Below, piece after piece: positions 1 to 5,347 of a stretch of DNA of 6,700 nucleotides (position 1 is its first letter; every line of letters starts with the position of its first letter). The notes beneath the pieces were generated by a model that saw nothing but the letters and a program-made list of their open reading frames with translations, did not search any database and had not been told where the DNA came from. A program made the position numbers and the translations under genes. The stretch comes from a virus: positions 1 through 6,700 of IMG/VR virus record IMGVR_UViG_3300045988_000131. The stretch is one strand, 5' to 3'.

Positions 1-55
1 AAGGAAAAATTGATAAGTTTGGACTATTAGTAATTGAAGACGCTTCATAGGTAAA
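1..55. repeat. Terminal direct repeat, left copy (identical to 6646-6700); circular-assembly overlap
   Basis: Base-by-base comparison shows an exact 55-nt match. Joining the ends restores one uninterrupted VP1 reading frame. Confidence 0.95.
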
Positions 56-745
56 TTCCAAAGAATAATTATAATCCTGAAATTCATTAACGTCCCATTC
101 ATTGCCATCTCTGACAAAACTCTCTGCCATAGCATAAATATCATACTGTATGATAGTAGTAAAATTACCATAGCCTAAAGACATCAACAACTTAGCTGCA
201 CGACAGAGACGATACCCATCGCAAACAAAAACGTCAGAATAAATACTAGAGGATTTACAAAATTCCTCAAAGCCTGTAGCAGAACGACCTGAATTCGCCT
301 TAAAGTAAGCATCAACGGCAGCCTTCGCATGGTCATACATAGACTTCAACCAAGAAGCCAAATCAATATAAGAAATATAAGGCATTTTGGTCGTAATAGA
401 AGAAGCCGCAATCGAACTACTAGCAAACTTTGAAACATTCTGTCCGGCATCGCCTTTAGTCATATTATTAACCTGTTGTTCGAAGTACTTCCAAAGAGAC
501 TGAAACGGCACAAAATAATACTGAATATTTTCACGAATACGAGTAAACGCATCAGTATTGAGTGCAGCGGTACGTGTCTTACCATTATAACCAATCTTAA
601 AAGTCTCATTAGGATTTACCCACTGAGAAAAAACTGGTAACAACTCGCCAACCTGAGCGGTAAACATGTGGCGATGAGAAAGGTCGAAAGCATTTCTATT
701 CACCTTATTCTTAAGGCGATGCATTCCTAAAACTTTATTAGCCAT
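1..745 (-). CDS. Major capsid protein VP1 (Microviridae F/VP1 family), 5' part. ATG at 745-743. The frame runs off the left edge and continues at 6645 after circularisation.
   Basis: My translation from ATG 745 gives MANKVLGMHRLKNKVNRNAFDLSHRHMFTAQVGELLPVFSQWVNPNETFKIGYNGKTRTAALNTDAFTRIRENIQYYFVPFQSLWKYF.... RNxFDLSH...G.L.P and FVP...W are N-terminal signatures I recall for Microviridae VP1. There is no stop down to position 1. The codon split across the junction (pos 1 + 6645 + 6644 = TTG) is in frame with ORF 5348..6646. The parts total 745 + 1298 = 2043 nt, or 680 aa plus stop. Confidence 0.93.
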   Translation of the reverse strand, partial: MANKVLGMHRLKNKVNRNAFDLSHRHMFTAQVGELLPVFSQWVNPNETFKIGYNGKTRTAALNTDAFTRIRENIQYYFVPFQSLWKYFEQQVNNMTKGDAGQNVSKFASSSIAASSITTKMPYISYIDLASWLKSMYDHAKAAVDAYFKANSGRSATGFEEFCKSSSIYSDVFVCDGYRLCRAAKLLMSLGYGNFTTIIQYDIYAMAESFVRDGNEWDVNEFQDYNYSLEFTYEASSITNSPNLSIFP

Positions 746-749
746 ATAA

Positions 750-2303
750 TTAATTTTTATAAGAATCTACAACAGCCCTATGTTTAATGTTCTGAGTATA
801 AGCCATATTAGCTTTCTGAACTTGATACTGAAAAATAGAGCGTGTTTTTAAAATATTAAAATCATACGTACCCGTAAAAGGGGACATACTAGCGTAATTT
901 TCATACGCAAAGAGTTTATCATCTTCCAAAGCTTGGAAATACTGAATCATTTTTTGATAATCCATCCATGCAATGAAATCAAAACGTAATTTTAAACAAG
1001 TGTACGAATTCAACCCTAAAAAGGAGGATAACGAGTAGTGATGATGAGCCGCATAAAGCAAAGATTTTAAAGGGTTTACAGAACCGGAACTATTATATAT
1101 CGGTTTAGCAAAAGTTTCAACATACCAACGAACAGAACGGTACTGATAAATATGTTTGTATAACACAGAAGTATCGGGGTTAAGTAACCACAACATAAAC
1201 TCCCTTACGAATGCGTCATTATAAATTTCACCTGACGAGCCGAAGAATCGGCGGGCGCAGAATACCACCGAATGAAATAGGGAAGAAGTTGAGTTAACAT
1301 CAAAAAAGGAAGAGCCTGTAAATTTAACGGACAGTTGAGAGTAATACGCATCTGACATGGAAATAGGGCGTCTGATACCTTTTTTGTTAACAACATAATC
1401 TGTTGTAAGTGCTTCGAAGTCTCTAGAGGTAAGAAGTTCTTTAATCTCTGATTTGCTCTTTGAACCCAATAAGACTGAGTGAAAACTCCTTTGTGGAAAC
1501 TTGTCAAGCACTCGAGGGAAATCAGAATGTTGTGTAAGATACTTAGAAACGTATTCTTGCATATTACCATCGGTAACCTTTGTAGTCGTATCACCATAGA
1601 GCCATAATTGAGCCAAATCGAGTTTAATACAAACTTCTCTTGGATTGTCTCTTGTGGACATTGGCAAAGACCGAACATTCCTAAAATCCGCTCTCGCTCT
1701 AGGCGAATCGTGGAATAATAGGATATGATAATGCGGACGGAATGATTGTGTACCGTACTCACAAATAATGTAGTAGCGTATTTTTTCACCATATTCTTTT
1801 AAAAACCATTTTCTTAAACGACCTATATATTTTCTAATATCTTCATACCATAATATAGGAATGATAGAGTTATTACGTATGCCACGTGAACGAGAGGGAA
1901 ATCTGCCATAGTATTTATCAATACGTGCATAGTAATCACGAAGCATAGCAGCAGTGTCGATAGTTCCAAAATCTGTAAGCTGAAAAGACTTAGAAACTTT
2001 ATCCTCAACAAAGTAAAAACTCTTAGTCTTACGATTATATTTTTTGATAACCCGATTAGGAATACGAATAGCATACCCGAACGGATACATATAAGAAGTA
2101 TCTATATAGGGAAGATGCTTATCGTCATAAGTATTGGTAAGAAATTCAATATAACTATGTTTAGAAGCCTCAACCTCAAGTATTTTGCAAAGATGTTCCT
2201 GTGCGGCAACACGACATTGAATACACGAATGGCAACCAACAAGAGTAACTCCATGTCGACCAACGACAGGAACAGGACTATTACATCGAGGAAATAAAGC
2301 CAT
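750..2303 (-). CDS. Replication initiation protein VP4 (HUH rolling-circle endonuclease, phiX174 gene A-like), 517 aa
   Basis: RCR motif I is YIEFLTNTYDD (aa 51-61, FLTNTY at nt 2127-2144). The HUH motif is RPHYHILLF, with H191-Y-H193 encoded as CATTATCAT on the minus strand at 1733-1725. The double-tyrosine catalytic motif is EYVSKYLTQ (Y251/Y255, nt 1553-1539; compare phiX174 A protein YVAKYVNK). There is an N-terminal Cys cluster C7...C24-x2-C27-x2-C30 (2214-2285). ATG at 2303, TAA at 752-750, only 4 nt before the VP1 ATG. Confidence 0.92.
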   Translation of the reverse strand: MALFPRCNSPVPVVGRHGVTLVGCHSCIQCRVAAQEHLCKILEVEASKHSYIEFLTNTYDDKHLPYIDTSYMYPFGYAIRIPNRVIKKYNRKTKSFYFVEDKVSKSFQLTDFGTIDTAAMLRDYYARIDKYYGRFPSRSRGIRNNSIIPILWYEDIRKYIGRLRKWFLKEYGEKIRYYIICEYGTQSFRPHYHILLFHDSPRARADFRNVRSLPMSTRDNPREVCIKLDLAQLWLYGDTTTKVTDGNMQEYVSKYLTQHSDFPRVLDKFPQRSFHSVLLGSKSKSEIKELLTSRDFEALTTDYVVNKKGIRRPISMSDAYYSQLSVKFTGSSFFDVNSTSSLFHSVVFCARRFFGSSGEIYNDAFVREFMLWLLNPDTSVLYKHIYQYRSVRWYVETFAKPIYNSSGSVNPLKSLLYAAHHHYSLSSFLGLNSYTCLKLRFDFIAWMDYQKMIQYFQALEDDKLFAYENYASMSPFTGTYDFNILKTRSIFQYQVQKANMAYTQNIKHRAVVDSYKN

Positions 2304-2305
2304 AA

Positions 2306-2557
2306 TTATGTACTAAATAAATTACCATTATAACAACTTAAAATAACCTTTTCGGTAACACGACCGCCACTTTTGGAAAAATCCAAAGGACAATACATTT
2401 CAATCTCTTTCAACGTATCAGCAAGATAGGGTTGAGATTGACCACTACAATATGCCTGTTTACGCTGAATCTCTCGAATAACTTTGAGAGCAGTCAAATA
2501 ATCTTTAGCCGTCATAACCAAAAATAAACTAAATACGTTTGTACCATTGATATTCAT
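2306..2557 (-). CDS. Hypothetical small protein, 83 aa from ATG 2557 or 69 aa from ATG 2515
   Basis: The ORF is on the coding strand and is wedged between the upstream small ORF and VP4, with its TAA at 2308-2306, 2 nt before the VP4 ATG. I recognise no motif. The start is ambiguous: ATG 2557 overlaps the upstream ORF by 29 nt, whereas ATG 2515 gives no overlap. Confidence 0.5.
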   Translation of the reverse strand: MNINGTNVFSLFLVMTAKDYLTALKVIREIQRKQAYCSGQSQPYLADTLKEIEMYCPLDFSKSGGRVTEKVILSCYNGNLFST

Positions 2558-2708
2558 GTTCCCAAGAAACAGGTGAAGTAATCATTGACTGAATGATAAC
2601 TACATCAGGCAAAAACAAAAAAATAAATTCATCAATTTTGCCATACTTAACTACATACTGAACACCATTAACTTCTACGATGAAACAGCGAGAATTAGTT
2701 TTTACCAT
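2529..2708 (-). CDS. Hypothetical small protein, 59 aa from ATG 2708 (the ORF track extends it to 88 aa from a TTG at 2795)
   Basis: Same strand, stop TAG at 2531-2529. The first in-frame ATG (2708-2706) overlaps the end of the 71-aa ORF by 14 nt, typical of compact microvirus gene packing. The TTG-initiated extension would overlap the lipoprotein ORF by 101 nt, which is less parsimonious. No recognisable motif (MVKTNSRCFIVEVNGVQYVVKYGKIDEF...). Confidence 0.4.
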   Translation of the reverse strand: MVKTNSRCFIVEVNGVQYVVKYGKIDEFIFLFLPDVVIIQSMITSPVSWEHEYQWYKRI

Positions 2709-2910
2709 AGGGTTTAAAATTTTTAGAACGGACAAAGCCGTTATGTTTAACAATTGTGGTATCAACTGATACAATAGTAGTGCGACCACTAGCAACTACA
2801 TTGTGAGACGTACTGCATGATGTCATGGCTGAGACACCAAAATAAGCAGCTATCAATCCGAGCGCATACAGCGCTACTTTGATGATAATTTTAATAATCT
2901 CTTTTTTCAT
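2695..2910 (-). CDS. Putative small secreted lipoprotein, 71-aa precursor and ~40-aa mature peptide
   Basis: The start MKKEIIKIIIKVALYALGLIAAYFGVSAMTS|C shows a basic n-region, an uncharged hydrophobic h-region and a lipobox-like A-M-T-S-C. Cys32 is TGC at 2817-2815. This fits the PROSITE-style prokaryotic lipoprotein pattern as I recall it. It is the first ORF after the predicted promoter, and its ATG at 2910-2908 lies 4 nt after the -7 box. Confidence 0.6.
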   Translation of the reverse strand: MKKEIIKIIIKVALYALGLIAAYFGVSAMTSCSTSHNVVASGRTTIVSVDTTIVKHNGFVRSKNFKPYGKN

Positions 2911-2914
2911 GGTG

Positions 2915-2946
2915 CAAAGATAAGGAAAAGTTTTGGAACTACCAAA
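2915..2946 (-). promoter_or_regulatory. Bacteroidota-type sigma-A promoter: -33 TTTG (2946-2943) and -7 TATCTTTG (2922-2915)
   Basis: The minus strand reads TTTG, then 20 nt, then TATCTTTG-CACC-ATG. This matches the Bacteroides consensus TTTG / TAnnTTTG, and the spacing is about what I recall for it (19-21 bp). It is the only TAnnTTTG I found on the coding strand of the intergenic region. It sits 4 nt upstream of the first ORF. Confidence 0.5.
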
Positions 2947-3000
2947 TTTGTTAACACTAATTAGGAAAATAGTTACAGAGGAACAAAAGTGCAGTAACTA

Positions 3001-3016
3001 GGGAATATGTATTCCC
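3001..3016. repeat. Palindrome GGGAATA-tg-TATTCCC (7-2-7)
   Basis: 3001-3007 is the exact reverse complement of 3010-3016. A 2-nt spacer is too short for a hairpin loop, so this looks more like a dimeric protein-binding site. Confidence 0.6.
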
Positions 3017-3057
3017 ACTTTTGCCTACCTCAAACAAGAGAGTAGGAATTTTCAGGA

Positions 3058-3067
3058 GAAAATTTTC
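3058..3067. repeat. Perfect 10-bp palindrome GAAAATTTTC, overlapping an 8-bp direct repeat AATTTTCA (3047-3054 and 3061-3068)
   Basis: Read directly from the sequence. Confidence 0.55.
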
Positions 3068-3082
3068 ATAAAAAGGTAGTTA

Positions 3083-3126
3083 CTAGAAAGTTACAAACTT
3101 TTCCGCGCAAGCTAAGGTTTTTCTAG
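3083..3126. repeat. Inverted repeat CTAGAAA (3083-3089) / TTTCTAG (3120-3126) enclosing a GC-richer loop (TTCCGCGCAAGC)
   Basis: The arms are exact 7-bp reverse complements with a 30-nt spacer. Confidence 0.5.
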
Positions 3127-3144
3127 CAGACAAACCAATATAAA

Positions 3145-3211
3145 GTATCTGTTTAGTTAAATTGCGTACGTACGTATAAAATGCGCACGCACACAAAAAC
3201 AAAACAGATAC
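3145..3211. repeat. Composite stem-loop: 10-bp inverted repeat GTATCTGTTT (3145-3154) / AAACAGATAC (3202-3211) enclosing two alternating purine-pyrimidine tracts
   Basis: The arms are exact reverse complements. Inside lie TGCGTACGTACGTATA (3163-3178, 16 nt of perfect Y/R alternation including (CGTA)x3) and ATGCGCACGCACACA (3181-3195, 15 nt of perfect R/Y alternation). TGCGT 3163-3167 can pair with ACGCA 3187-3191. Confidence 0.65.
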
Positions 3212-3362
3212 AATAATAGCATAATATAAATTTTTATTATTTCATAAAAAAATATAGATTTTTACGGAAGGTATTTTAAGTTGAATGAGAATTATCTAAA
3301 ACGTGTTTGCATTATTTTACGTACAATTAACAGATATTTAACTAAATTATTTGGTAGCGTCA

Positions 3363-3410
3363 GAAAAAAATATAATGAAAAGGGCGCAAGGGAATTACCT
3401 TTGCGCCCAG
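3363..3410 (-). terminator. Rho-independent terminator of the single long operon
   Basis: The minus strand reads TAATAAACTG-GGGCGCAA-aggtaattccc-TTGCGCCC-TTTTCATTATATTTTTTT. It has a perfect 8-bp GC-rich stem (3382-3389 / 3401-3408), extendable with a bulge. A T-rich tract follows, starting 6 nt after the VP2 tandem stops. Confidence 0.75.
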
Positions 3411-3414
3411 TTTA

Positions 3415-4872
3415 TTATCTATAGCCCGTAGGACTATAATTAGGGTTTTCACGATAAGCATCTAGCCATGATTTACCGCTAGGCGGCGGTGTAGGTTTGT
3501 CACCTGTAGAAGAGCCTTTGCTAAATCTAGGCTTAGGTGTAAAGTTACTAATACCATCAGAGATATTTTTAACCATACGGGAAACAGATTCGCCACGCTC
3601 AAAGATTTTATCAATATCGTAACTATCGACACGCTTATTGGTAAGAGACGTTTCTGATTTGTACATACCACTAAGAGAACGTATCAAATCAGGCTCTTGC
3701 ATCAACTTGTTTAAAGACCACTCGTTTTGCTGAATGTTCAAGTCAAGTAAATGCTTATAAGGTGTTTGGCGCAGAATACTTTCAGCTTTACCAATAGGCA
3801 TTTTACCGAGCATAAAATCAGTATAATACCGTTGCATATCATTTGACATGTTTTGCCCAGAAGTCAAAGAGCCATAATACCCGCCTAACTGTTTAAGGTA
3901 ACTCGCATTAGCACTAGCATTAGTAAGAGCGGCACGACCTTGCATTAGAGCGGCTTGACCTTGAACAGTAGCAGCATGAGCAAAAGTCTGCTGAATAGAT
4001 AGCCACTTGCCATAGTTCTCTGTTTGCTTGAGCGTATATTTGCCGTCAGCGATATCACGAAAGGCAGATGCATAGAAAGACATTGTTTGAGCAACATTCT
4101 TTTCGACCTCTTGTGGCATGACATTATAAAGACTAAAAGCCTTGAGACGGGCATCATACATAGCATCAAAACCTTGCCAGTTAGCCAACTCAGCCTTAAA
4201 TTGCTCTTGCATCAGTCTATTCTGATAAGTATCTTGAGCAAATTTATAAGTCATTTTCTGCATATCGGTTTGAGATTCCATAAGACCTTTCTGAGCCTTA
4301 TTAACACCCTCAATAGACTTATTGACATTCTCTTGCGATTTCTGCAAAGAAACAGACGCATCAACAGAACGGGTAGTATTGTAAGCAGCCAAACCACGAT
4401 TAGCAGCATCGCCAATAAATGAATAATCAGTAGGCATCATCTGGGCAGATTCAGCAGCAGAACCAGCAGCACCACTACCAACATTACCGCTTGCAGAAAC
4501 GTCACCAAGAAGAGCATTAAGACCGGCAGCACGCATATCATTAGCCTTAGCGGAAGAAGTACCAAACATACGATACATCATTTCTTGCCAATCTCTAAGT
4601 TTTTCCGCTTCTGCAGCATTAAACCTATTTTGCTCTTGCATGATTTTATAGTTCATCGTATTAGTTTTATCAGTATTATGTTTACCAAACAAACCTCCAA
4701 TTAACGAACTAGCAATACCTAAAGCACCACCTACAAGAGCACCAGGAACACCACCAGCTGCAGCACCAGCAGCAGCACCGGTACCAGCAGAACCAAGAGC
4801 AGTACACTTATTTAAACGAAAAGGAGTACCGCCAAAAGCGGCAGCACTCCGAATAATAACATTAGACAACAT
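3415..4872 (-). CDS. Minor capsid / DNA pilot protein VP2 (~485 aa from ATG 4872; the ORF track starts 2 codons earlier at TTG 4878)
   Basis: The N-terminus has a Gly/Ala-rich hydrophobic segment (GTGAAAGAAAGGVPGALVGGALGIASSLIGGLFG). It is followed by MQEQNRFNAAEAEKLRDWQEMMYRMFGTSSAKANDMRAAGLNALLG, which matches the conserved Microviridae VP2 block (FN..EA.K.R.W......DM.AAGLNP.L) as I recall it. The middle is long, Q/N/A-rich and predicted helical. The gene ends in tandem stops TAATAA (3417-3412). Confidence 0.85.
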   Translation of the reverse strand: MLSNVIIRSAAAFGGTPFRLNKCTALGSAGTGAAAGAAAGGVPGALVGGALGIASSLIGGLFGKHNTDKTNTMNYKIMQEQNRFNAAEAEKLRDWQEMMYRMFGTSSAKANDMRAAGLNALLGDVSASGNVGSGAAGSAAESAQMMPTDYSFIGDAANRGLAAYNTTRSVDASVSLQKSQENVNKSIEGVNKAQKGLMESQTDMQKMTYKFAQDTYQNRLMQEQFKAELANWQGFDAMYDARLKAFSLYNVMPQEVEKNVAQTMSFYASAFRDIADGKYTLKQTENYGKWLSIQQTFAHAATVQGQAALMQGRAALTNASANASYLKQLGGYYGSLTSGQNMSNDMQRYYTDFMLGKMPIGKAESILRQTPYKHLLDLNIQQNEWSLNKLMQEPDLIRSLSGMYKSETSLTNKRVDSYDIDKIFERGESVSRMVKNISDGISNFTPKPRFSKGSSTGDKPTPPPSGKSWLDAYRENPNYSPTGYR

Positions 4873-4880
4873 AAGCAAAA

Positions 4881-5330
4881 TTATTTAAAGATTTCCATAA
4901 GACGAGACTGAAATTCTTGATTTTCTTTCTCAAGTCTATCTTTCTCTTCTTTTTCCTTTGCTGCAGCAGCCACTTTTTCTCGAGCGTCCTTATCCTTAGC
5001 AGCAAGTTCTTTTAAATAACTCATCTTCTCACTAGCCGTTTGCGTGTAACGACTAGGACACGAATTAATAAGCTCATCATCAGTCAAAGAACCGAAAGTC
5101 TCTTCGAACTGAGAGCGGAAATTAGAGTTATCAATCATAGGTTGAAGAGATTCTTTAATCTCTCGCAAAGTTTGAGCATCAACACGCATATTATCAATAC
5201 GTTGTAACAAAGATATATCAGTATGAAAAGAAGTTCGCAAAGGAACATTATTATCATCTACAGAAGTAACTTCGTGCTGTACTTCCTCATAAACAGGAGG
5301 AACATAAACTACTTTATCTTTAGCTTTCAT
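4881..5330 (-). CDS. Hypothetical 149-aa acidic protein with a charged coiled-coil C-terminus; possible internal scaffolding protein (VP3 position)
   Basis: ATG at 5330, 17 nt after the VP1 stop. TAA at 4883-4881, immediately before the VP2 start. The position between VP1 and VP2 and the ~150-aa size match the VP3 scaffold slot. The C-terminus KDKDAREKVAAAAKEKEEKDRLEKENQEFQSRLMEIFK is highly charged and helical. I do not see the gokushovirus VP3 signature, so the functional call rests on position alone. Confidence 0.45.
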   Translation of the reverse strand: MKAKDKVVYVPPVYEEVQHEVTSVDDNNVPLRTSFHTDISLLQRIDNMRVDAQTLREIKESLQPMIDNSNFRSQFEETFGSLTDDELINSCPSRYTQTASEKMSYLKELAAKDKDAREKVAAAAKEKEEKDRLEKENQEFQSRLMEIFK

Positions 5331-5347
5331 AATAAAACAACATTAAA

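Larger units (their letters stand above)
2911..3414. other. Single large noncoding region (504 nt); candidate origin/regulatory region
   Basis: By my reading, no ORF longer than about 18 codons exists on either strand. The region is AT-rich and holds the promoter, the terminator and many palindromes and inverted repeats, listed separately. Confidence 0.7.

Noticed and set aside
1-55. A 55-nt exact direct repeat at both window ends could be read as LTR/att-like repeats of an integrated or mobile element.
   Set aside because: Joining the ends restores a single in-frame capsid gene, and the repeat lies inside coding sequence. It is a circular-contig overlap, not a biological repeat.
819-827. 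AACTTGATA matches 9 nt of the phiX174 origin core (CAACTTG|ATATTAATAAC), including the nick dinucleotide.
   Set aside because: It is on the window plus strand, the complement of the viral strand that Rep should nick. It lies inside the VP4 3' coding region, the flanking bases diverge from the phiX origin, and a single 9-mer hit in ~13 kb of two-strand sequence is only marginally unexpected.
2709-2795. TTG-initiated N-terminal extensions in the ORF track: the 88-aa ORF at 2795, VP2 at 4878 and VP1 at 6646.
   Set aside because: 6646 is demonstrably internal to VP1. For the other two, an in-frame ATG close downstream gives tighter and more conventional gene packing. The extensions cannot be excluded but are not preferred.
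3152-3162. TTTAGTTAAAT resembles the XerD arm of E. coli dif (TTATGTTAAAT, 9/11). Bacteroidota microvirus prophages have been proposed to integrate via host Xer recombinases.
   Set aside because: There is no matching XerC-arm (GGTGCGCATAA-like) at the required 6-nt spacing. I cannot recall the Bacteroidales dif consensus well enough to test it. It is kept only as a motif in the inverted-repeat finding.
2911-3414. Possible small ORFs, tRNA or CRISPR repeats in the intergenic region.
   Set aside because: The longest ATG-initiated frames I could read are 6-18 codons: plus strand 3007, 3181, 3285 and 3375; minus strand 3069, 3245 and 3312. There is no cloverleaf-like arrangement and no regularly spaced direct repeats.
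3462-4169. Same-strand alternative-frame ORFs inside VP2 (3462..3671, 3945..4169) and inside VP1 (5890..6108, 6190..6384).
   Set aside because: All are short (64-74 aa) and all lie in the +1 frame, which seems generically stop-poor in this genome. They have no motifs and a leucine-rich, nonsense-like composition.
4024-4422. A 132-aa plus-strand ORF antisense to VP2; also plus-strand ORFs 2115..2297 and 6251..6442.
   Set aside because: Microviridae encode all genes on one strand, and these ORFs lie wholly antisense within well-supported genes. Their translations are low-complexity (L/I/S/R-rich), as expected from reading the complement of an A/T-skewed coding strand.
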